64,000 nucleotides of DNA from Eledone cirrhosa (lineage: Eukaryota): NCBI GenBank assembly GCA_964016885.1, contig OZ024742.1:254324001-254388000 (forward strand), given 5' to 3'. Below, piece by piece: positions 50,191-63,073 of this stretch (within the stretch, counting starts at the first letter, position 1; the number at the start of each line of letters is the position of its first letter). Under the pieces are notes generated by a model that did not search any database, was not told the origin of the DNA, and saw nothing but the letters and a program-made list of their open reading frames with translations. A program made the translations under genes and the position numbers.

Positions 50191-53100
50191 ATGGATGTAG
50201 GCACCTTAAAGGGTCGCTCTAACGAGGTTGTAGAAATGCTTGAACGTAAGCAGGTCGATGTTTGTTGTATTCAAGAGACCAGGTGGAGGGGTGGGTCTGC
50301 TAGATTCATTGTTGGTAAAAAACGATGCTATAAGCTTTTCTGGGTGGGAAATGACAATGGGCTGGGTGGAGTAGGAATCATGGTAGCAGAAAAATGGGCA
50401 GATATGATAATAGACGTAAATAGAGTGAACGACAGAATAATTAAAATAAGACTTGTCCTCAATAGAACTAGTGTGATAATAATATCTGCATATGCACCAC
50501 AATCCGGACTGCCTGGCGTTATAAAAGACAGATTCTATGAGACATTGATGCTCACTACCTCCCAAATAACCGACAGTGACTACATAGTTATCGCTGGCGA
50601 CCTAAATGGTCACGTTGGACAACATTGTGACGGCTATGACGGAATCCATGGAGGCTATGGGTTTGGTACTAGAAATGAGGAAGGCTCCAGAATCCTGGAA
50701 TTCTGTGACGCAAATAACCTAACTATCTGCAACACTAACTTCAAAAAACGAGACAATCACTTGATCACCTACAGATCAGGGGAACATACCAGCCAGGTAG
50801 ATTATATCCTTACCAGAAGACGTGACAAAGTGACTGTTGTAAACACTAAATCCCTCCCCCATGAAGAATGCACCTCCCAACATAGACTGATAATTAGCGA
50901 CCTAATAGTCAGGAGGAGACGTACTAGACAACAGAAGAGGACTATCCTCAGGAGAAAAATATGCAAACTAAAGGACCCCACAGCCAGAAATAAATTCAAA
51001 AGTATACTACTTGATGCTTTCGACAGTAAGGAAGAGCAATCAGAGTCGTACAATATAGAGGAACAGTGGGAATTCCTGAAAGCAAACCTGCTGATGGCGG
51101 CAGATGAAGTCTGTGGCTGGAGCAGGCCTGTAGGCAGGAGGGGAGTAACATGGTGGTGGAACAGTAAGGTGGAGGGGTCAATTAAGGCCAAAAACCAGGC
51201 TTGGAAAGTATGGCGGGATGGGGGAAGCAGGGTAGACTATCAAGTGGCCAGGAGGGAAGCTAGGAGACAAGTGTACTTCGCAAGAAGGGAAGCAGAGGAA
51301 AGAAAGTTCAAGCATGTTCTACAACACGAGGACCAAAAACGTGAGGTGTTCAGGAATGCTAGGCAATGTGTCAAGGAAAACCGTGATATTGTCGGGGAGA
51401 AGTGTGTACTTAATGATGACGGCGTACTTGCCATAACCGACCCTGATAAGAAGGTAGCTTGGAAGTGTCACTACGAAAGGCTACTAAATGAGGAGAATAA
51501 ATGGGAGAAAGACAGTCTCCCCCACATCGACCCAATAGAGGGACCAGCAGTGTTAGTCAAGGGTAGTATAATAAGTAAGGCAATCAAAGATATGAAGACG
51601 GGTAAGGCGGCTGGGCCTTCGGAAATAGTTGCCGAGATGCTGAAGGCATCTGGTATGGTGGGATACACCATGGTCACCCGGATAGTTAACCAAGTCGTAC
51701 AGAATGGGGTTGTTCCAAAGGACTGGCGTAGCAGCATCATCGTAAACTGTTATAAGGGTAAAGAAGATGCCCTAGATAGGAGTAACTATAGAGGCATTAA
51801 ATTAATCGACCAGGTCATGAAGGTCACAGAAAAAGTAGTAGCGCAACTAATCAGAGAGAGAATTGATCTAGATGAAATGCAGTTCGGGTTTGTGTCAGGA
51901 AAAAGTACCACAGACGCTCTTTTCATTGTACGACAACTACAGAAGTACCTAGCTAAAAGTAAACCCCTATACTTAGCTTTTGTCGACTTGGAGAAAGCCT
52001 TCGACAGAGTCCCCCGTTCCATTATCTGGTGGGCTCTTAGAAAACTAGGTGTTGACGAATGGCTTGTGAGAGCTATACAAGCCATGTATAAAGAAACAGT
52101 CAGCAAGGTTAGAATTAACAACGAATATAGTGAAGAGTTTAGCGTAAAAGTTAGCGTCCATCAGGGCTCTGTTCTCAGCCCCCTACTATTTATTATTGCC
52201 CTTCAGGCTATAACAGAGGAGTTCAAGACCGGTTGCCCATGGGAACTCCTATACGCAGATGACCTAACACTCATAGCTGAAACAATGGCCGAGCTAGAGA
52301 AGAAATTCCAAACATGGAAGCACGGCCTAGAATCAAAAGGCCTTAAAATTAACCTGGCTAAGACTAAAGTTCTAGTTTGTAAGAAAGAAAATAAGACGGC
52401 GGTCCCTTCCGGGAAGTGGCCATGCTCAGTGTGTAGGAAAGGCGTAGGTAGAAACTCCATTTTGTGTCCCAAATGCAAAGTATGGGTGCATAAAAGATGT
52501 AGTGGGATTACAGGTAAGCTAACTAAGAACATAGATTTCACATGTGGCCGGTGCTCTGGTGCAACAAGTAGCAGCAAGTGCCCACAAAATACTAGCTCTT
52601 TCAACTGCGCAGAGGGCTCTATAGAAATAGTGGACAGCTTCCGTTACCTGGGTGACAAAATCAGCAGTGGGGGAGGGTGCTCTGAAAGTACAGTAGCTAG
52701 AGTCAGAACTGGATGGAAAAAGTTCAGAGAGCTTATACCACTATTAGCCGCTAAAGGGTTCTCCCTAAAAATGAAAGGCAGGTTGTACGATGCCTGCATA
52801 CGAACAGCAATGTTGCATGGCAGTGAGACCTGGGCATTGTGTGCAGAGGATATACGCAGACTAGAGAGAAACGAAGCTTGCATGCTCCGCTGGATGTGTA
52901 ATAGTAATATACGTGAACGGCAAAGCATAAGCGAACTAAGGAAAAAATTAGAAATAAGAGGGATCAGATGTTGTTTACTTGAGAGAAGGCTACGTTTGTA
53001 TGGTCACGAGATGCGCATGAAGGTCGATAGCTGTATAACAAAGTGCAGGGCAATAAAGATAGACGGTAGCCACGGAATAGGCAGACCCAGAAAAACCTGG

Positions 53101-53208
53101 GACGAGCTGATAAATTCCGACCTCACACACTTACACCTCACCAAGACAATGTCACTGGACCGAGACCTTTGGCGGTACTCAGTAATAGAGAAGACCCGCC
53201 TTACCTAA
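50191..53208 (+). CDS. RTE endonuclease-reverse transcriptase, uninterrupted 1005 aa
   Basis: [32 protein letters not shown]; [36 protein letters not shown]; Cys-rich insert CSVC..CPKC..HKRC..CGRC. Confidence 0.95.
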   Translation: MDVGTLKGRSNEVVEMLERKQVDVCCIQETRWRGGSARFIVGKKRCYKLFWVGNDNGLGGVGIMVAEKWADMIIDVNRVNDRIIKIRLVLNRTSVIIISAYAPQSGLPGVIKDRFYETLMLTTSQITDSDYIVIAGDLNGHVGQHCDGYDGIHGGYGFGTRNEEGSRILEFCDANNLTICNTNFKKRDNHLITYRSGEHTSQVDYILTRRRDKVTVVNTKSLPHEECTSQHRLIISDLIVRRRRTRQQKRTILRRKICKLKDPTARNKFKSILLDAFDSKEEQSESYNIEEQWEFLKANLLMAADEVCGWSRPVGRRGVTWWWNSKVEGSIKAKNQAWKVWRDGGSRVDYQVARREARRQVYFARREAEERKFKHVLQHEDQKREVFRNARQCVKENRDIVGEKCVLNDDGVLAITDPDKKVAWKCHYERLLNEENKWEKDSLPHIDPIEGPAVLVKGSIISKAIKDMKTGKAAGPSEIVAEMLKASGMVGYTMVTRIVNQVVQNGVVPKDWRSSIIVNCYKGKEDALDRSNYRGIKLIDQVMKVTEKVVAQLIRERIDLDEMQFGFVSGKSTTDALFIVRQLQKYLAKSKPLYLAFVDLEKAFDRVPRSIIWWALRKLGVDEWLVRAIQAMYKETVSKVRINNEYSEEFSVKVSVHQGSVLSPLLFIIALQAITEEFKTGCPWELLYADDLTLIAETMAELEKKFQTWKHGLESKGLKINLAKTKVLVCKKENKTAVPSGKWPCSVCRKGVGRNSILCPKCKVWVHKRCSGITGKLTKNIDFTCGRCSGATSSSKCPQNTSSFNCAEGSIEIVDSFRYLGDKISSGGGCSESTVARVRTGWKKFRELIPLLAAKGFSLKMKGRLYDACIRTAMLHGSETWALCAEDIRRLERNEACMLRWMCNSNIRERQSISELRKKLEIRGIRCCLLERRLRLYGHEMRMKVDSCITKCRAIKIDGSHGIGRPRKTWDELINSDLTHLHLTKTMSLDRDLWRYSVIEKTRLT

Positions 53209-53381
53209 ATACAAAGTAAAACCTACTACAGTCAGTAGGCATCTCTAACAAAATACACCCCCGTCCCACCACCCCCACCCCATCCACACCGCCCCTTTCA
53301 ATGTAAAGTTATGTTGGTACCACAACATCCAGGCCGAAACAAATGAGATCGTGTAGTGTCACATCCAAACAACACACAGTT

Positions 53382-53716
53382 CACGCTGTAATGTGGCCGT
53401 GTAGGCAACACGGTAAAAACCTCCCAGCCCCACACTGTAAATGTGTTTGGTGTTAGGAAGGGCATCCAGCTGTAGAAAACCCGCCAGACAGTCCACGCTG
53501 TAATGTGGCCGTGTAGGCAACACGGTAAAAACCTCCCAGCCTCACACTGTAAATGTGGTTGGTGTTAGGAAGGGCATCCAGCTGTAGAAAACCCGCCAGA
53601 CAGTCCACGCTGTAATGTGGCCGTGTAGGCAACACGGTAAAAACCTCCCAGCCCCACACTGTAAATGTGGTTGGTGTTAGGAAGGGCATCCAACTGTAGA
53701 AAACCCGCCAGATAGT
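53382..53716 (+). repeat. 3 x 112-bp tandem repeat in the RTE 3'UTR
   Basis: cacgctgtaatgtggcc starts at 53382, 53494 and 53606. Confidence 0.93.
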
Positions 53717-53823
53717 CCTATGCGAGCAAGATAATCACTCTTGCCTCAAGTGGGAAAACCCCCGTTCAAACCCACGCAAGCGTGGAACACGGACGTTAAA
53801 CGTTGATGATGATGATGATGGTG

Positions 53824-53864
53824 ATATATATATAGTATATATATATATATAGTATATATATATA

Positions 53865-53911
<47 letters not shown>

Positions 53912-53949
53912 TATATATATATATATATATATACTATATATATATATAC

Positions 53950-54015
<66 letters not shown>

Positions 54016-54035
54016 TATATATATATATATATATA

Positions 54036-54069
<34 letters not shown>

Positions 54070-54147
54070 TATATATATATATATATATATATATACTATA
54101 TATATATATATATATATACTCCTTATATATATATATATATATATATA

Positions 54148-54228
<81 letters not shown>

Positions 54229-54335
54229 TATATATATATACATATATATATATATATACTATATATATATATATATACTTTATATATATATACTATATAA
54301 ATACTATATATATATATACTATATATATATATATG
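53824..54335. repeat. ~500-bp (TA)n array punctuated by G then C
   Basis: Direct reading. Confidence 0.97.
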
Positions 54336-55104
54336 TGTGTGTGTCTAGTAATTATTAAAATCCATACAAAGACCCCACAATAGTAGCTGGCTTGCAATAA
54401 TAGCTGACCTGCAGTAGTAGCTCCTGTAGGGTTGTATTAATTATTCTACATAATGCAGAGACGTGAAATTTCTCCATTATAGCGAGAATCACTGAGTAGA
54501 ATGTAGGAAGAATTAGATGAAAGTAGTAAATCAGCTGCTTTCAAGAAACTAAAAATAAAGTCAAATATTTTATTTTCAATAGAAAGAAACAATACTAATT
54601 GATACTCTGTGCTGTTGTTCTTTTAATTGAAAAGGTTATTTGATATCAGAGGAGAGATTTTAACATTTTTTTTTTATTTTGAAATGATTCATTTTTGTGT
54701 TGTTTCTTTGGGAAGATGCCATTTGAATGAGGAGAATATAGTTTTCATTTAAAACTTTATCTCGTTCCTTCTTTAAAACCAACATTTTAATTATAGATTA
54801 ACTCAATCCACCCATTGAAACCTTTAAGTCTAACAACATTTTCTTTTCTTTCAGCCCATCATCAATCCATCAGATTTGATAAATTGAAGCCATCTATTCT
54901 TCAATAGCTTCATTGATTTCATTACCTCTTCATCCATTGTTGAAAGCCATAGAGAAATTTAATGGATATCATAGCAAAGGATAATGAATGTGTTAGAACG
55001 GAAATGGTAAGATTCTAAATTTATTTTAACTAAGTGTAAAAGTTGGCTTTGGTTACCAGTTAATGCCATTTCAAAATGTATAGATATCAGAACAAAACCT
55101 AACA

Positions 55105-55985
55105 AAGGCATGTGGCTAGCTGGTTAAGATTTTTGGCTTATGATTGTAAGATCATGAGTTTGATTCTTGGTAACACATTATAGCCTTAGGCAAGATACTT
55201 CATTTCACATTGCTCCAGTTCATTCAACTGACACAATTTATATATACCTGTAATTCAAAGGGTCTAGTCTTATCACATGCTGTGTCATCACTCATTGAAC
55301 TATGTTAAGAGTACACATGTCTTTGAAATACTCAGCCACTTGAACCATAATACAAGATGGATTGTACCTGTAATTCAACAAAGCTAGCCTTGTCACAAAC
55401 TGTATCACACTGAGAGTTATGGTAAGGGTACACATGTCTGTGAAATACTTAGCCACTTGCACTATAATACAAGATCAACTGTAGCTGTAATGAAAGGGGC
55501 CAGCCCTGTCATACAATTTGTCATGCTGAATCATCAACATCATCATCATCATCATCATCACCGTTTAATGCCCATTTTCCCCACACTTGCATGGGTTAAA
55601 CTATTGTGACACAAGATTAGGTGACCATGTCTTGCTCATACACATCTGATTGAATTGCTTTCTATGGTTGGGTGCCCTTCCTAATGCCAACCACATTTAT
55701 AGTGTGTATTGGGTCTTTTTTTTGTTGTGACACCTACATGACCACTTTACAGTGTGGACTGGGCATTTTTTGTCCAGACCACATGGGAATTATGTTAAGA
55801 GTACACGTCTGTATAGAATACTCAGTCACTTAAAATTGACTATTTCTGGAATCCAAAAAGGCAAGACTTGTTATCTAATGAGTATTACACTAAATCTCCC
55901 TGAGAATTATGTTTAGGGTACACATATCTGTGGAATACTCAGCTACTTGCACAAGTGTCATGCTGAATCTCACTGAGAATACTTG
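55105..55985 (+). mobile_element. SINE B with tandemly amplified ~120-bp internal unit, interrupted by an RTE-tail element (-, ~55540-55785)
   Basis: tacctgtaattcaa..gtacacatgtct..actcagccacttg recurs about five times. Confidence 0.75.
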
Positions 55986-56179
55986 TCAGAACTGACCGAG
56001 GTCCAATGACAAGCTAATAAAAGGATTATGATGGACCACTTCCAACATATCCATAAACAGAACTCTAATGCCAAATAAAACATGGAGGTACATTGTGTCG
56101 TTTTTCTTTTTTCCTCTTCACATTCGTCAACTTTTACCACTTGGTAATGATTTATAAGAAAATATCTAAATACAGGTTT

Positions 56180-56520
56180 GTCATCATCATTATCACTGTT
56201 TAACGTTCACTTTTCCACACTGGCATGGGTTACAGGAGTTAGATAGCCTGTTGTGAGCAAAGCAAGGCCAGGTGCACATGCTTTGCTCATACAGAACTGA
56301 TTGTGGCTTGGTTTCTATAGATGGATGCCCTTCCTAATGCCAACCTCATTTACAGTGAAAACTGGCTGCTTTTTGTTGTGATGCCTACACGACCACTTAA
56401 CAGTGTGGACTAATTGTTTTTTGTTGTGACACCTAAATTGTGGATTAGGTGATTTTTGTCGTGACACATACACTCCGCTTTACAGTGTGAACTGGGTAAT
56501 TTTGTTGTGCTGCCATCACA
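56180..56520 (-). mobile_element. RTE-tail SINE 3' fragment with short internal repeats
   Basis: catcatcat..ggatgcccttcctaatgccaacc; repeated cagtgtggact units. Confidence 0.65.
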
Positions 56521-57394
56521 ACAAATTTACTAGTGAACAGATCTTTATGAAAATTTGTAATAAACTAAAATAAAGACTTTAGTTCATTATGTGATAAAGT
56601 CAGTGTTGTATTGTACTTTTCAAGAATGTCTTGCTAATATAGTTTTGTGTAGATTTTAATTCAAATGTGAAGAGTTCAGTGTGAAAATTTGCAGTATTAG
56701 AGTAAAGACTTTAATTTTTAATGTAATGCATACATAGTGCTTTTTTGTACTTTTTTGAGAATGTCTTATGCATGTGATTCATGTGATTCCAGATGTTAAG
56801 AGTTAATGTTGTTTTTCCTCATAGATGGAGCAGTCTCTAATGAATGTAATCTGTTGGTAGTAGTGGTAATGGTGGTGTCGATGATGTTGATGATGATGAT
56901 TTTGGCAGTGATGATGGTGTTGGTGGTGGTGTCAATGATAATGATAATTATGACACTGATCGTAATGATATTAACCTCCGAGATAATACAAAATATGACA
57001 TTACAATATTGATAAGAATAAATTGATAATATTTCTGCTAATTACAATGAAGGCAGATTAAAGCATGATGTGACATTGTACTTTACAATCATCTCGACAG
57101 TAGATTTGGTACTAAATGGTTTTCCATTGAATTTAGTGATGAGTAGATGAGTATTCAGTTGTTAAACCTTTGTGACACCAGCCCACCTGAAACTACCCAT
57201 CCTTCTACAATACAGACCAACTTATTCTAAAGTGTTTACACAGAAATTTATACTTTTCATCATAATTTTTGTTTTTCATATACAAGCTTAGCCATATTTC
57301 TAATGAAACCACTGCCCTTAATTTTCAAATAGCTTTGAAAATAATAAAGATGGATTAAGTTATAAAAGTAACAGAAAGAATTTTAGCACAACTA

Positions 57395-58625
57395 ATTAGG
57401 GAAAGAGGCAAATTAGATGAAATGCAGATAGGTTTGTACCAGAGAAGATCACCACAGATACACTCTTCTTAGTGAAACACCTACAAGAGAAGTTTCTGGT
57501 TAAGAATGAGTCTTTATACCAAGCTTTTGTTGATCTAGAGAAGGCCTTCAAAAGGATACCATGATCTGTTATCTGGTGATCCTTAAGAAATCTAGGAGAA
57601 GAATGTTTTTTGAGAACTGCACATGCCATGTACAGAGGAGCTGGCAGTAAGGTAGGCATTTAGTTTAGTGAGGAATTTAAGGTACAGCTAGTTGTTCATC
57701 AGGGCTCTCCTCAGTCCATTCCTGTTTATTATAATCCTCTAGGACATAACAGATGAATTTAAGACTAACTGTTTATGGGAACATCTGTATGCTAACAACT
57801 TGTTTCTTATAGCCAAATCTTTGGAAAATCTAGAGAGGAAATTCTGGCTTTGGAAATAGAAATAAGAATCAAAATGACTGAGAGTAAACTTGGAAAAAAC
57901 CGAAGTTTTGGTAATTAGGAAAAAGGAAAGTGGCCTTGCTTGATATATAGAAAAGGAGTAAGTAGAAACTGACAGAGTCACAGAGATAGTTGCTATTAAA
58001 AGCACCTGTAAAATGAACTTTTTCCAATCCCAGAAAGGATCAATAGAAGTAGTTGATAGCTTCAGCTATGTAAATGATCTAATTAGCAGTAGAGGAGTGA
58101 GTTCCATGAACATAGTAACTAGAATAAAAACAGGATAGAAAAATTCAGGAAGCTCTATTCAAAAGAAAATGCTTCGCTCTATGAAAGAAATGCCAGTTGT
58201 ATGATGCCTGTGTGTGATGTGTAATGTTGCTTAGTAGCGAGACATGGGCCATGAATACTGAGGATATATGAAGGCTGAAGAAAAATGAAATGAGTATAAT
58301 TCAATGGATGTGCAATGTTAATGTGCATGAATGACAAAGCATGGATAAACAGAGGAATTAGATGTAATGTACAAGAGAGAAGCTTATGTTAGTATAGACA
58401 TATAATGCCTATGGATGATGATTGTAGGGGGAAGAAAGGCAAAGAAAACCCAATAGAAGTAAGCTTCAGTAAAGGGAGACCAAGAAAGACCTGGGATTAT
58501 TTCAAATCATTGAAGTTCATGGAGTAGATGACAAAGCTCTGCAATAAAAGGATGAATACTATCCTAAAAACTATCTATCTAACCCATGCAAACATGGAAA
58601 AGTGGGTGTAAAATGTTGAAGATGA
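57395..58625 (+). mobile_element. Degenerate RTE RT/3' fragment
   Basis: [23 protein letters not shown] relics. Confidence 0.8.
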
Positions 58626-58891
58626 AAGAGTATTGAGGGATTTACCAATATAAGAAGCTTTCTCATTACTAAGCTGCTGTTTGGAACTTAACTCAACAAA
58701 TAGCTTTGTATCATAGAGCCAGGGTTGCTTTCAGGTGGTTTGATATCAGAAGGGTGAAAATGTTCATGTTAAAATTAAAACCTTCCATTATAATTTTATA
58801 ACATTACTAAGTCATGGTCCAAACGATAGCTTAATAATGAAAAGTTATTTCACTAAATCCCTCTAAATTCCTGATTATTTTGAAAGCCTTA

Positions 58892-58930
<39 letters not shown>

Positions 58931-59139
58931 GTATGTATATATATTCAATATGACAAAAGACCAAGGTTAACAACTTACATTCATTCTTTAACTTCTACAT
59001 CCATTTCAATAGGGTTACAATAGTACATACATACGTAAATAACTGCAAATAATTAATTATCAATTATTAAAACCATAAATAATACTTATAACTGCATATC
59101 TTCAGGAAAATGTGAGAAAGAACAAAGTTTACCAAGTTT

Positions 59140-59880
59140 AAATGGTACCAAGAATGGACTTCAAACCTAAACTGTTTTTTAATATCTTTTCCAAAAATTT
59201 CCTCCTAACCCACCATTAATATTCGATATTTAAAAATATCTTACTCTACTACCCCAAATCTAGCTAACTATTTGTTATCCAGCACTAATAAGAAAATATA
59301 AAAATGTAATAATACATCAACTAATATAACTAACACAGATAATCTAGAAGTAAGAGGAGGCCTAAATGAAAATGTACAACACTCTCGCACATCATTCCAA
59401 CACCAGCATTCTTACTCGAATGATAACCTTATATCTGATAGAAGCTGTAACTGTAGAAATACCTGCCCTCTTAATGGCAATTGTCTAACTGATAATGTAG
59501 TTTGCCAATGCACTATATCCACACATACTAGTAGCAAGATATATATAGGCGTCACTTTGAACAGCTTTAAATCTAGATATTATATGCACTGCCACTCCTT
59601 TAGAAAGAAAAAAGGAGCTCACCCTCATTAGCTCGATATATATGGGACCTCAAAGAGACCAATACTGAGTACTCCATTCATTGGAAAATCCTGAAAGTCG
59701 ACCATTCTTACCAACCTGGAAACAAAAGGTGAAATGTGTGCCTCACTGAATGACTTTACAGTTTAAAATCCAAACTACTAATCCTTAACAGAAAATCTGA
59801 TATTTTTTCCACATGCCCGCGTAAATGTTCTCAATCCTATTATAGTAAATATCAAAATAATGGTACTATTTAAACTTTGA
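59140..59880 (+). mobile_element. Degenerate Penelope-like element, GIY-YIG region
   Basis: KISYSTTPNL, CNCRNTCPLNGNCLTDNVV, IYIGVTLNSFKSRY. Confidence 0.8.
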
Positions 59881-59969
59881 CCACTTTAACCAAATAGCAT
59901 ATCTATAGCTAAACTTGACATAGCTCCACTAGGTTGAATAAATTATGCAATATGTTAAGATACAAATGT

Positions 59970-60027
<58 letters not shown>

Positions 60028-60029
60028 AA

Positions 60030-61844
60030 ATGAATGAATAAAGGAGTTACAAAACGTTAAAACAAGTTCTTTATATAAATCTTACATAATGTTTCAGCCA
60101 CATGGACTCCTCAGAGAAATGTTTGTTAAAATAATATCATAAATAAATATAAATAACGTTAGAGCAGGTTGAAGATTTTCCCATTAGATTTACGTCAGCT
60201 TGCATGGTAGACGAAAATATTAATGGTGTCACCCAAGTGAGGCGACTGCACGGTGTAAAGGCAGAAAAACACCCAAGAACATTTTGTATATCCCAGCTAA
60301 AGGGATGGTTTAGCAGGGTGGGTCTAACTCAGTAGCTGATGGGTCGTGCTTAGGCAAAAGTTAGGTGGCTGGTTAATTAAATACTGTATTTAGGCTTAAC
60401 TATCGTAGGAAGGACTTAATGGTGGTGTGATGTAGATAGCTGTGGGGATAGGAGGTTATACCTGGTCTAGAGACCAGTTGTAGAACGAGCGTTCTAGCCT
60501 GTGTTTGCAATTTATTACCGTCTCAGTTCTATTATTAATGAGCTCGTGGAGTGAGCTTATTATATAATATGTCTCCATTAGGCACAGCTGACAATTCTTC
60601 CTAAAGTTATATGGCGTTGCTTGGTCTACTATACCCCAATGTGTTGTGTAGCTAATGTTAGATTCTATTAATAGTGTAATATAATTAGCAAGGTAGGTAG
60701 AGAACCTGAGTTTCCTATTCTTAAAAAAGTGGAGATGCGATCTAAATCTAGTCTTGAACTCATTGGAAGTGGCGCCTATGTAAGTCCTAGTGCTATTTTT
60801 AGTCCTCACTGTGCATTTGTAGATTACATTTCTAATCAAGCAGTAGCCCTGGAGTGGACAGTTGTTATGGTTTTGGCAATTCCAATGCTTTTTGTTGTTA
60901 TTTCTATTGTGCTAAGAGCTGTTGCTATCATTATCACTATCACCACCATCATTATTACCACTGTTGGCATTATTACAGGTATAGTTTTGAAACACAATGT
61001 TGTTCCTGCTGTTCCTACTACAATTCCCTTTACTGTTGTTGTTTTTGCTGCTATGGTTCCTATCCTGGTTATTAGTTCTACTAGTAATGCTGTGGCTAGT
61101 CTCTATAATGTTAATATTGTTGATGTTATTATTATTACTATCATTATTATCCTGGTTACTATTATTGCTATTATGGCTATTGGTATTGTTATGGTAATTA
61201 AGGTTGCCGGGTGTTCTAATATTGGCATTACAAGATGGTTTGATTCTTGTGAGCTTCATGTGGTTACTAAGTGCTATAAGCTCAGCTAAGTTAGGTGTAG
61301 TAGAGTAAGATATTTTGACGTTATTCTTGTTTAGTATCTTATGGTATGTATGGTTAGGTGGGAAGATTTTCTCCAAGGTGTCAAAGAAGATTCCAGGTAT
61401 GTTTGAAGCGATACTTCTAGAGTATGGGGGAAGGAACCATAGGACATTAGGGCGGTGTTTCTGTGTTGTCGTTGGGCCGGTGCGGTCATTCCTGTCATGG
61501 AGGGTGTTTCTACTGCGACAGTTCGACTGTTGTCTGCTGTGCACATTGTTTCTATTCGTCCTATGTATTAACCGACTCCCGAGGGGCCGACCTGAGTCAC
61601 TCTATGTTTGTTGGTAGGTGTAGGTAAAATGCCCTCTCCATTGTTGTGTCTGTATGCGGGGAATTTTTCTAGTAAGTTATTTCTAGTTACATTGTCTGGA
61701 TTAGTTTGGCACCAGTTCCGGGATCTACCTGGCCTATTATCATTGCTGTTGTGATATTGTATTGGTCAAATCGCAATGCTGGTTCCACTCCCATATTTCT
61801 TATTATGAAGCGCACGGCTGCAGTGATTATTGGTGCGCCTCACC
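60030..61844 (-). mobile_element. Penelope-like element 3' part (linker, GIY-YIG, terminal region), cut by a hAT insertion
   Basis: VLWFLPPYS, KISYSTTPNL, CPLQGYCL, VIYKC..TYIGATSNEFKTRF, CQLCLME; ORFs 60912-61544 and 60456-60839 are one frame separated by a single TAG. Confidence 0.85.
60078..60120 (-). ncRNA. Minimal type I hammerhead ribozyme in the Penelope terminal region
   Basis: Minus strand: uucu CUGAGGA guccauguggcu GAAAC auuau GUA aga; intact core, short stem I (ucu/aga), near-palindromic stem III, one mismatch in stem II. Confidence 0.7.
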
Positions 61845-62300
61845 CAGTGGCGTAACTAACGGGAGGCAGGAGAAGCCCCCCCCCCTGGATTTCTTGTCGG
61901 TCTAGGTGGGCCCCCTAGGCTATAATTCTAAACACATAGCTTATTACACATGTAATTACGAATCCTTAACTACAACAACGTAAAGAAAACGCTTAATCTC
62001 TAATAAGACTAGAAGTTAAGACCAATCTCTTGTTTATTTAAAAAATATAATATTTCGGATAAAATGGCAACTGCATCTAAAAAAAAGTGTAGATAATATT
62101 CCGTCGAATAAAAACGTTAAATTTTGTTTACTTGCTTTCCCCACATCTTATTTAGTTGAGACAGGTGATGCATCTGCTTTCAAAAAGTCAAAATCGCCTT
62201 GATATAGAAAGAAGTGGTGATTTACGACTCTCTCTAACGGCTTTCACACTAAACATTGACAAATTAGTAGCCTTGCATCAATCACAGGGATCTCATTAAA
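61845..62300 (+). mobile_element. hAT terminus with internally deleted Charlie/Buster-like transposase relic
   Basis: CAGTGGCGTAAC terminus; MATASKKKCR*YSVE N-terminus (~62064) close to NRLDIERSGDLRLSL..HQSQGSH* C-terminus. Confidence 0.65.
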
Positions 62301-63073
62301 AACCGATTATTATATTCTTTGATTTGTAAATATAAATAAATGATTTGATATCTAAATTCTATATTATTCTATTTGTTTGAAATGTTGTAATACATGCTTA
62401 TGTTATTCTCGATACTAAGGTTTTTAACCTAATATTTAATTAAAAGTATAATTATGTATGAGTATATACACACAAATATATATATCTATATATTGTGTGT
62501 ATATATAGAAAAAATATATATAATATTTTTATTTATGTTGTTACTTTTTATCATTAGTCACATTTTAGAACAATTTGGTATTTGCGACATTTCCTGGACT
62601 TTTGCTTTTCATCGATTATTTGACGTGTTTTACATTCTTCGGTGTTGAATATCAAATCAAGCAAATTGCATTATTCCAAGTGTGTCAATATAGTGCTCAT
62701 TGTGGGTATGGTGTGGTGTGTAGTGGCCGGAGGCTGGGCGTGCTTGACTGGAAGCGTGCTTGACCGGAAGGGCGAGCAGATGTGAAGTCAGCTTGAGAGG
62801 CCGCTTTCTCTTCTACGGCGGTCATCGGACTGAGACAGCCGTGCGATTTGAGGCTGCGATCGGCGAGCTGGATTGTACATACATGGAAGAGAGGAAAACC
62901 AGCCAACGACTTTGCCAGGACCAGAGAAATGCGGTAAGTGAAGTGGCTTTCTAATCACAAGCTATTTCGGCACTTAAAGACTTATAGAAAAAAAAAAGAA
63001 AAAGGAAAAAGGAAGAATTTTTCTTTTAAGACAAAGCCACTGGAAAACAGTGTCAATATAGTGCTCATTAACA

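Noticed and set aside
53911-54300. YI-repeat ORFs (also 19052-19288, 25691-25916 and others)
   Set aside because: (TA)n microsatellite artefacts.
60729-61289. Hydrophobic 186-aa ORF resembling a membrane protein
   Set aside because: Antisense to the Asn-rich Penelope linker.
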